DNA from: Candidatus Parcubacteria bacterium
GTDB taxonomy: Bacteria > Patescibacteriota > Minisyncoccia > UBA6257 > 2-01-FULL-56-20
NCBI GenBank assembly: GCA_027450205.1
Contig: DAIDJL010000004.1
Span: forward strand, 139,932-203,931
Length of the DNA stretch: 64,000 nt
Direction: 5' to 3'
Under the pieces are notes generated by a model. That model was not told the origin of the DNA, did not search any database, and saw only the letters and a list, made by a program, of their open reading frames with translations. This document shows, piece by piece, positions 56,818 to 64,000 of the stretch (positions within the stretch are counted from its first letter, which is position 1; every line of letters begins with the position of its first letter). Made by a program: the position numbers and the translations under genes.

Positions 56818-58047
56818 TTATCCAAAAGTGAATGTATACGCCTGTAATCCCGCCGACTCGATGATCAGCTGGAGGGTATGCCGCCCGCCCGCGGCCGGAT
56901 TGTCCACCAGATCATACAGTCGGCTCCCGGAAATAGTTACCTTGCCATTGTGTACATCGCTACCCGCCGCCGAATTCGGGAGTGGTTGGCCGTCCTGCAT
57001 CACATCCACGATCGTTCCCGTCGCGGCTCCCGCCGCCACCATATACACCTTGCCGGCATTATATTCGTAGGTGATCGTCGCGCCGGAGCTCAAATTCTTC
57101 GCATACTGGTCTTCAAAGTCCCATATTCCACCAAGATATAATCGATTGATGTCAATCGCGCTCATTGCAGGCGTTGTAAGCGTTTGGTTGCCATTCACAA
57201 AGAACGCGCCGTTGGCGAGCAGGCTGTTCCGTGCCGCGCCGAAATAGGTTTCCGGACTGTCGATCTCGCTTAAGTTCGGCGGAATGATGTTTACTGTAGA
57301 CGTTGCGATCGCCGACGCGCTCGTACCGAGTATCTGCGCGCGCTGATCCAACAGTTTTTGGATATCCGTTTCCGTTTCAGAATAATATCCCTCGCCGATC
57401 TGATCGTGCACGATATATCCCGCTATATCTATTAAATATTCATGCGGCCAATAAAGATTATCGTAGGCATTCCATGTTCCCTGATTGTTATCGAGCACGA
57501 CGGGGTAATGGATGCCATATTCCTGCACGGCATTCTGTACGTTCGTAAGATTTTTTTCAAAATCAAATTCCGGTGTGTGAATACCGACGATCTCCAGTCC
57601 CTGCGCCGCGTATTTTTGATACCACGCATTGAGGTATGGGATCGTGCGCACGGAATTGATGTTGCTATAGGTCCAAAAATCCAACAGGATCACCTTCTTT
57701 CCGATGGCACTGGACAATCTGAATCCCGGCGCAGTATTGATGAATCCCGTCGGATCCGCGATCTCAATCGCCGGTTTATCTCCTGCCGCCCTGTCCGCGA
57801 CTGCAAGCCGCGCGATCGCGGTCTTCTCGCCGCTATTCAATTGAACTGCCGGCGGCGCACCGGCGACGGCGGTGTTCGTGGCATTTGCCGGGCTGCTGGA
57901 AGCGTCCGCGGGCAACGAACTTACGCCGACCGCCGGCGCACTTTCACCGGGTGCGCTCGGGCGCGCCTTTGAGGTTTCAAAATACCAAATGGAACCAACC
58001 GCCGCCAATATGATGATTATAAATATTGCTTTTTTCTTGGCGTTCAT
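56818..58047 (-). CDS. DipZ-like membrane-anchored redoxin + CBM-like domain, CxxC replaced by NINS
   Basis: DFWTYS, GIHTPEF, YWP, GEG.Y, PETY.G, C-terminal YTFTFG. Confidence 0.88.
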   Translation of the reverse strand: MNAKKKAIFIIIILAAVGSIWYFETSKARPSAPGESAPAVGVSSLPADASSSPANATNTAVAGAPPAVQLNSGEKTAIARLAVADRAAGDKPAIEIADPTGFINTAPGFRLSSAIGKKVILLDFWTYSNINSVRTIPYLNAWYQKYAAQGLEIVGIHTPEFDFEKNLTNVQNAVQEYGIHYPVVLDNNQGTWNAYDNLYWPHEYLIDIAGYIVHDQIGEGYYSETETDIQKLLDQRAQILGTSASAIATSTVNIIPPNLSEIDSPETYFGAARNSLLANGAFFVNGNQTLTTPAMSAIDINRLYLGGIWDFEDQYAKNLSSGATITYEYNAGKVYMVAAGAATGTIVDVMQDGQPLPNSAAGSDVHNGKVTISGSRLYDLVDNPAAGGRHTLQLIIESAGLQAYTFTFG

Positions 58048-58148
58048 AAAGATACCGTTGTCGATTATTTGCCTATAGTATACCCTATGAATGCGCCCGT
58101 GCGCGAAACCCCATATCTGTCCCGGAGATTGCGCGGTATACTGAAATA

Positions 58149-58631
58149 ATGAGACTTCTTCCGGAAAAAGATTATCATGAACTGTTCCGCATCGGCATAT
58201 TCCTGAAAGCGGCTGACGGCTTTATTGAGGCGTGCGTCGGCATTTTTTTCTATTTTGTCGGCTATGCCACGATCGACGGCATGCTTTTCTCGGTTTTTCA
58301 CGGCGAGATCGTTGAAACCCCGCGCGATGCGTTTTGGCAATTCCTCATCAATGAATGGCATTCCGTCTCTCTTTCCAGCAACTCCTTTTGGGGATTGCTG
58401 TTCGTCGCCCATGGCGCGACAAAACTTATCCTTTCGGCGGCGCTCCTGCGGAACAAGCTATGGGCCTATCCGATTGCCGCCGTCGTGTTCTCCCTGTTTG
58501 TCGGATATGAGATCTATTCGCTCACACACCGCCCATCGCTTCTTTTATGGCTCATCACGGTCTTCGACATCATCGTCGTTGGATTGATCCTCCACGAATA
58601 CCGCCACCTCATAAAAACCCGCGTCGCATAG
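58149..58631 (+). CDS. DUF2127 family membrane protein
   Basis: LKAADGFIE, HGATKL, KLWAYP, FD..V..L..HEY. Confidence 0.82.
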   Translation: MRLLPEKDYHELFRIGIFLKAADGFIEACVGIFFYFVGYATIDGMLFSVFHGEIVETPRDAFWQFLINEWHSVSLSSNSFWGLLFVAHGATKLILSAALLRNKLWAYPIAAVVFSLFVGYEIYSLTHRPSLLLWLITVFDIIVVGLILHEYRHLIKTRVA

Positions 58632-58647
58632 GGCGGCGGTTTTTATC

Positions 58648-60459
58648 CTACCAGGTCTTGTTCGCTTTCTTCCTTTCGTTTTCGTTCAAATATTTCTTAC
58701 GAATGCGGATATTCTGCGGCGTGATCTCCACAAGCTCATCATCGCTGATGTAATCCAGCGCATCCTCGAGCGTGAGCGTGAGCGGCACTTCAAGCTGGTC
58801 AGCCAACCCTTCGTTCTTTGCGCGGAAGTTCGTCAATTCCTTTTCGCGCGCCACATGCACAAGCACGTCACCTTCGCGTGGGGTCTCGCCCACCACCATG
58901 CCTTCATAGACCGCGACGCCGGCGCTGATGAAAAGCGTTCCCCTTCCCTGCGCGGTCACGAGGCCGTAATTATTGGAAGTGCCCGCCTGCGTGGCGACGA
59001 TGGAGCCGTGCAGCAACGGCGGAAGATCGCCTTTGTACGGTTCATATCCCAAAAAGATCGTGTTCATGATGCCGGTGCCCTTCGTGGAAGTTAAAAATTT
59101 ATTACGAATGCCGATGAGTCCGCGCGTAGGGATCGTAAAGTCCATATATGCGTTCTTATTATCGTCCACGCGCATGTTCGTCATCATACCGAGACGCTTG
59201 CCCATCATCTCAATGACGGTGCCGGAATACGCTTCCGGAACCTCAATAGAAACCAATTCCATCGGCTCGGTCTTCTTGCCATCAACCTCTTTATAGATGA
59301 CCTGCGGCTTGGAAACTTCGAGTTCAAAACCCTCACGGCGCATTTTCTCAATAAGGATGGCCAAATGGAGTTCGCCGCGGCCGGCGACCACCCAACGGTC
59401 GCTCGCTTCCGTCGGCGTTACCGCAAGCGCGACATCGGTCTCCAGCTCTTTTTCCAGGCGATCCTTAAGATTGCGCGAGGTGGTAAACTTTCCCTCCTTG
59501 CCACGGAACGGCGAGGTATTCACGGAAAACGTCATCTTGATCGTCGGCTCGTCGATATGGATCGTCGGCAGCGCGATCGGATGGTCCGGGTCGGCGATCG
59601 TTTCTCCGATGGAAACATCCGGGATCCCTGCGATGCAAACGATCTCGCCGGCGTTCGCGGATTCAACTTCCATTTTCCCAAGGCCGTCGAACAACATCAC
59701 CGACGTGATCGCAACTTTCTTTATCTCGCCCGCGCGGTTGATATGCGCGACGGTCATATTTTTTTTGAGCGTTCCCGAATAGAGGCGGCCGATGGCGATC
59801 TTGCCCTTATAATTATCGTACGCCAAGTTGACCGTAAGCATCTGCAGGGTATCAATGTCGCTCTTTTTTGGCGGCGGCAGATAATTGACGATCGTTTCAA
59901 ATACGGGCGAGATGTCGGTCATCTTTGAGAGGTCCTTCTCTTTGCCGGCCTTGCCTTCGCGTGCGGCGGCATAAATGACCGGGAATTCGATCTGCTCTTC
60001 CGTTGCATCAAGCTCAAAGAAAAGATCGTATGTTGCGTTGAGCGCCCACTCTACGCGCGCATCCGGCTTGTCGATCTTGTTCACGACGACGACGATCTTA
60101 TGACCGGCCTGAATCGCTTTGCGCAAAACAAACTTGGTCTGCGGCATCGGTCCTTCCTTTGCGTCGATGAGCAAGAGCACGCCGTCCACCATGCGCATGA
60201 TACGCTCCACTTCTCCGCCGAAATCGGCGTGACCGGGCGTATCCACGATATTGATCTTGGTATCTTTATAAATGACGGATGCGTTCTTGGAAAAAATCGT
60301 GATCCCGCGCTCGCGTTCGAGCTCGTTCGAATCCATAATAAGATCGCCGTTCTCGGCGGTCTTTTGCTTGAAACTCGCGGATTGCTTTAATAAGGCATCA
60401 ACGAGGGTCGTCTTGCCGTGGTCAACGTGAGCGATAATGGCGATATTTCGGATATCCAT
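58648..60459 (-). CDS. typA: Translational GTPase TypA/BipA
   Basis: [45 protein letters not shown]. Confidence 0.97.
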   Translation of the reverse strand: MDIRNIAIIAHVDHGKTTLVDALLKQSASFKQKTAENGDLIMDSNELERERGITIFSKNASVIYKDTKINIVDTPGHADFGGEVERIMRMVDGVLLLIDAKEGPMPQTKFVLRKAIQAGHKIVVVVNKIDKPDARVEWALNATYDLFFELDATEEQIEFPVIYAAAREGKAGKEKDLSKMTDISPVFETIVNYLPPPKKSDIDTLQMLTVNLAYDNYKGKIAIGRLYSGTLKKNMTVAHINRAGEIKKVAITSVMLFDGLGKMEVESANAGEIVCIAGIPDVSIGETIADPDHPIALPTIHIDEPTIKMTFSVNTSPFRGKEGKFTTSRNLKDRLEKELETDVALAVTPTEASDRWVVAGRGELHLAILIEKMRREGFELEVSKPQVIYKEVDGKKTEPMELVSIEVPEAYSGTVIEMMGKRLGMMTNMRVDDNKNAYMDFTIPTRGLIGIRNKFLTSTKGTGIMNTIFLGYEPYKGDLPPLLHGSIVATQAGTSNNYGLVTAQGRGTLFISAGVAVYEGMVVGETPREGDVLVHVAREKELTNFRAKNEGLADQLEVPLTLTLEDALDYISDDELVEITPQNIRIRKKYLNENERKKANKTW

Positions 60460-60593
60460 GAAAACTTTATTAACAAACAGAAGCCGTGCCCCGCGACACG
60501 GTTTTCGGCCTGATGGAGGAATTATAATCAAAAATTAATGAAATAGCAATGGTTTCATATGGTACTATTAAGGTGAAATAAACAATAAATCCT

Positions 60594-61067
60594 ATGGAAC
60601 CGCTTGAGCCGAACATGCTGGCCCCGGACTTTACCCTTCCCGACCAGGATGGGGTGGGACATTCGCTCTCCCAATATCTCGGGCAATGGGTTCTGTTGTA
60701 TTTCTATCCGAAGGACGACACGCCGGGATGCACCAAAGAGGCGTGCTCGATCCGCGATGCATTCCCTCATTTTAAATCATTGAACATACAGGTGATCGGC
60801 GTAAGCGTGGACTCCGTGGAAAGCCATAAAAAATTTGCCGAAAAATATGACCTGCCGTTCACGCTCCTTTCTGACGCGCATAAAAGAGTAGTAGCGCTCT
60901 ACGGCGTCTGGGGCGAAAAGCATTTCATGGGACGCGAACACGAAGGCGTTATCCGCTCATCGTTCCTTATCGACCCCACGGGCACCATCGAAAAGATCTA
61001 TATCGACGTAAAGCCGGAAAAACATGCCGAAGAGGTTTTGCGCGACCTCAAACGGCTGGAAGAATAG
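60594..61067 (+). CDS. bcp: Thioredoxin-dependent peroxiredoxin (Bcp/PrxQ)
   Basis: YFYPKDDTPGCTKEAC. Confidence 0.95.
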   Translation: MEPLEPNMLAPDFTLPDQDGVGHSLSQYLGQWVLLYFYPKDDTPGCTKEACSIRDAFPHFKSLNIQVIGVSVDSVESHKKFAEKYDLPFTLLSDAHKRVVALYGVWGEKHFMGREHEGVIRSSFLIDPTGTIEKIYIDVKPEKHAEEVLRDLKRLEE

Positions 61068-61217
61068 GGATTAAGGCCCTGCCGCTTGCAATTTTCCCCC
61101 GCCCGGGGTGATACTATAGGCAGAAACTTAACAAAACCTTCCGCTCTTTGACAGCCTTATATTTTTCCAAAAGGCCGTCATTATTGCACTGAGACATTAA
61201 TTAATCATTAACTATCC

Positions 61218-62174
61218 ATGAAAAGATTACTATTTTTCGCAGCACTGATAGTCGCAATAGGGAGCATTGGAGGGCATATTCTGACAGCGCACGCCCAAAC
61301 CACGAGTTCGCTCACGCCGGCACAAATTGCCGCACTTGAGCAGCAGCTCGATGTCGCCAAAGCCACTTTGGCAAACCTGGAGATGGAGGCAGGCGTCGTA
61401 CCGCCGACCGATTCCGGAACCCCGAGCACGATCCCGCCGTCCATAGCGGGAACCGGCTCGCAGAGTACGGCAACGCCGGCATCGGTTTCCGCATCTACGG
61501 GGCTTTCCGCAGACCAGATCAGCGCGTTCAACGCAACATTGAACACGCTCGCCGCGACGCTCACGCAGCTGAACACCTCGCTCGCCGCAAACACGACGCT
61601 CGCGCCTTCGCAGGAAGCTGCAGTACAGACGACGCTTAACGGCATGCAGGGCACGCTCGTTGCAATGGCCAACACCATCGCAACCGAGAAAAGCGCTCCG
61701 GCAACCGCGCCGGTGGCGGCAGCACAGCCGGCTGGTTCGCCGGTTGCAGTGAATAATCCATCCGCATCGCCCGCGCCGGGCGCATCCGCTCCGGCAACGC
61801 AAGCTCCGGCAGCTGCGCCCTCAACACCGGCGGTAGCGGCGCAAACCGCGCCAAGCGCCGACAACAGCGTACCGCAGACCGCGCAGGCATCGTCCATCTG
61901 GTCTTTCACCAAAGCCCACTGGCCGACCATCGTGATCGTTTTGCTTGTCATCGCGATCCTTGCGATCTTGTTCTGGCCGGAAAAAGAAACGGTAAGAACG
62001 GTATCCACGGCACCGTCGGGATCGGGAAAGCCTAAATCGGCTCCGACCGCGACCATGACCATGAACCAACAGACCGATTCCAATCAGCCACGGGCAGCAA
62101 TGAGCGGCAATTCCAGCGCTCCGTCGCCGGCAACACCGGTAGCGAGTGCAGTGGCCGCGCCGTCACAGAAATAA
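61218..62174 (+). CDS. Hypothetical Ala/Pro/Thr-rich surface protein with signal peptide and C-proximal TM
   Basis: AHA-Q signal peptide, helical bundle, low-complexity linker, TM near residue 240. Confidence 0.82.
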   Translation: MKRLLFFAALIVAIGSIGGHILTAHAQTTSSLTPAQIAALEQQLDVAKATLANLEMEAGVVPPTDSGTPSTIPPSIAGTGSQSTATPASVSASTGLSADQISAFNATLNTLAATLTQLNTSLAANTTLAPSQEAAVQTTLNGMQGTLVAMANTIATEKSAPATAPVAAAQPAGSPVAVNNPSASPAPGASAPATQAPAAAPSTPAVAAQTAPSADNSVPQTAQASSIWSFTKAHWPTIVIVLLVIAILAILFWPEKETVRTVSTAPSGSGKPKSAPTATMTMNQQTDSNQPRAAMSGNSSAPSPATPVASAVAAPSQK

Positions 62175-62193
62175 GAGGTTCGTCATGAACCGG

Positions 62194-62223
62194 AAAAAAA
62201 CCGCCCCAAAGGCGGTTTTTTTT
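62194..62223. terminator. Bidirectional terminator
   Basis: A7-CCGCC/GGCGG-T8. Confidence 0.85.
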
Positions 62224-62374
62224 ATGAGCATTTCTCTATGATGATCGGCGTGTGATCAAATTGGCTGTTTGCGATATATCCCAAGCCAAAACTGAGAGAC
62301 GCCGCAAAGAACAGTATCGCGCCGAACGCGACCTCCCTTTTATGGACGGTGATATATCGCTTTATTTTTTCCAC
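62222..62374 (-). CDS. 50-aa single-TM protein (GTG start; not in ORF track): MEKIKRYITVHKREVAFGAILFFAASLSFGLGYIANSQFDHTPIIIEKCS
   Basis: TATAGT 6 nt before GTG, clear TM helix, ends at the terminator. Confidence 0.7.
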   Translation of the reverse strand: MEKIKRYITVHKREVAFGAILFFAASLSFGLGYIANSQFDHTPIIIEKCS

Positions 62375-62408
62375 GCAATCACTATAACCGCACCCCTATT
62401 AAAACTAT

Positions 62409-63128
62409 CTAAAACTGCAAATAACTTTCCCATTTTCCATACAGTTCTCGCGTGGCGCGAATGTCGCGCACGTTGTACTTTGCAATGTCCAAAAACCTCT
62501 TTTTTTTGAAAAGCGGACCGACGTCATCCCCCGTCACGCCACCGGCTTTCGGGCTCGGGATACCGAACGCACGGGACCACAGGTGGAGACTCCCCTTCCG
62601 GCGCGTCGCGCCATAGAACGAAAGCTGTTCGGCGAGATCGATATGCAACGCCTCGGGATTGTTCTGGTAGAGATAACGGCCACGCATCAGATCTTTCGTC
62701 GGCCGGATTCCATGGACCGCGGAACGGATCATGATAAACGGCATATCGAACGCACGACCGTTGAATGTGATGAACACCTGATACCGCTCGGCAAGTTCCC
62801 AAAATTTTGCGAGCATATCCTTCTCCGTCATTTGCTTGAAACTGATACCATCCTCCTTGATCTCCGCGTTCCTCTGCCCTGGCGCCTGGTAGTACACCGC
62901 ACCCTCGTTCTTATGGTAATCAAGCAGACCGATCGCCACGATCTCGCCGGTGAGCGGCGAAAACCCCAGGCCGTTCTTAAGGTCTTCCAGCGCGATCTTG
63001 TACTCTTCTTCGCTGCCAGATTCCCGCTTGATCCAACGCGTGATATTTTCCTGGGTAGCTTTGTCGAGCGCCTCAAAATCCTCCCCGATGGTCTCGATAT
63101 CAAGAACAAGCTTGCTGGTTGTTGACAT
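62409..63128 (-). CDS. Stand-alone PolB-like 3'-5' exonuclease (RNase H-like DEDD)
   Basis: LDIET, TFNGRAFDMPF, HIDL, YNVRD. Confidence 0.88.
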   Translation of the reverse strand: MSTTSKLVLDIETIGEDFEALDKATQENITRWIKRESGSEEEYKIALEDLKNGLGFSPLTGEIVAIGLLDYHKNEGAVYYQAPGQRNAEIKEDGISFKQMTEKDMLAKFWELAERYQVFITFNGRAFDMPFIMIRSAVHGIRPTKDLMRGRYLYQNNPEALHIDLAEQLSFYGATRRKGSLHLWSRAFGIPSPKAGGVTGDDVGPLFKKKRFLDIAKYNVRDIRATRELYGKWESYLQF

Positions 63129-63175
63129 TACCTGCATTCTAGCATAAAATGGATGAACAAATCGTTAACTGACAT

Positions 63176-63454
63176 ATGGCACATACCAAAGCTATCGGTT
63201 CAACTAAATTAGGGCGCGACTCCATCGCCAAGCGGCTTGGCGTCAAACTTCAGGACGGCCAGAAGGTGATGGTCGGCCAGATCATCGTCCGCCAGCGCGG
63301 CACCAAGTACACCCCGGGCGCGAACGTCATCCGTGCGGACGACGACACGCTCTTTGCCGGCAAGAACGGCGTCGTAAAATTTTCTACAAAAATGAAGGGG
63401 CACTTTGACGGCTCACGCCGCAAAGCAACAATGGTGCAGGTGATCATCGCATAA
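63176..63454 (+). CDS. rpmA: 50S ribosomal protein L27
   Basis: [27 protein letters not shown]. Confidence 0.97.
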   Translation: MAHTKAIGSTKLGRDSIAKRLGVKLQDGQKVMVGQIIVRQRGTKYTPGANVIRADDDTLFAGKNGVVKFSTKMKGHFDGSRRKATMVQVIIA

Positions 63455-63475
63455 CCACGATCTTAATAAAGCGGG

Positions 63476-63503
63476 AAAAACCCCGGTGAATACCGGGGTT
63501 TTT
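63476..63503. terminator. Bidirectional terminator
   Basis: AAAAACCCCGG/CCGGGGTTTTT. Confidence 0.85.
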
Positions 63504-63526
63504 ATTTTTTCGTGACGGCGCAAGTC

Positions 63527-63976
63527 CTACTCGCCCTTTACCACAATCACCCCCAGTTTTGCAGCTACCCCTTTTTTGAGATCGATCGGCACGGAATATT
63601 CTCCAAGGTCTTTAATGGGATATTTAAGGTCGATGTCCACCCGCTCTGCACCGATCAGCTTATGTTCGCGAAGCGCCTTCATGATTGTTTCCTTATTGAC
63701 CGAACCGAATACGGCGCCAGACCTATCGGTCTTTACCTCGAACTGGATCTTAGTTTCATTTATCTTTTTCGCGAGGGATTGCAGATGGGCCAGCGCTTCC
63801 TTATCTTCTTTTTCATGTTCGGCCTTCACGGATTCAAGTTTTTTTATCGCCGCGGGCGTAGCCGTCTCGGCGAGCTTGTTGGGGAACAAAAAGTTTCGCG
63901 CATAACCGTCGCTCACATCCCTGATTTCATATTTCTTTCCGACGTTGCGTACGTCACTTAAAAATATCACTTTCAT
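63527..63976 (-). CDS. rplI: 50S ribosomal protein L9
   Basis: [26 protein letters not shown]. Confidence 0.96.
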   Translation of the reverse strand: MKVIFLSDVRNVGKKYEIRDVSDGYARNFLFPNKLAETATPAAIKKLESVKAEHEKEDKEALAHLQSLAKKINETKIQFEVKTDRSGAVFGSVNKETIMKALREHKLIGAERVDIDLKYPIKDLGEYSVPIDLKKGVAAKLGVIVVKGE

Positions 63977-64000
63977 GGTTTTTTAATGATATATATTGGC

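Overview
A 64-kb, gene-dense chromosomal segment. Gene content and style point to a Candidate Phyla Radiation / Patescibacteria genome, most likely Parcubacteria-type (inference from short EF-Ts, PPIase-less trigger factor, alpha2-type GlyRS, a type IV pilus cluster, many Thr/Ser-rich surface proteins, and rplI present). Most of it is housekeeping: ftsW, murG, murC, murA, mraY, mreB, gltX, glyQS, frr, tsf, rpsB, holB, dnaX, recO, scpAB, greA, tig, obgE, typA, msrAB, bcp, rpmA, rplI, two ABC export modules, tRNA-Tyr and tRNA-Gln. The most unusual structure is an integron-like cassette array at the 3' end of tRNA-Tyr (about 28087-30698). It splits cleanly into units delimited by a GTGCG core taken from the tRNA end, with two kinds of repeat (three ~35-40-bp arms and two ~175-195-bp highly structured elements) around SET, ASCH, nuclease-like and Nudix cargo genes; no integrase lies in the window. 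Second is a stand-alone ~270-nt structured non-coding transcription unit (4317-4585, minus strand) with its own promoter, a 13-bp closing stem and a terminator. Other observations: conserved genes look leaderless while orphan mini-genes carry strong Shine-Dalgarno sites; a cysteine-free DipZ-like redoxin sits beside msrAB; MurA has the fosfomycin-resistant Cys-to-Asp form; an (A/G/N)(T/S)ST motif recurs in exported proteins. All family assignments come from motif recognition by eye; no searches were run.
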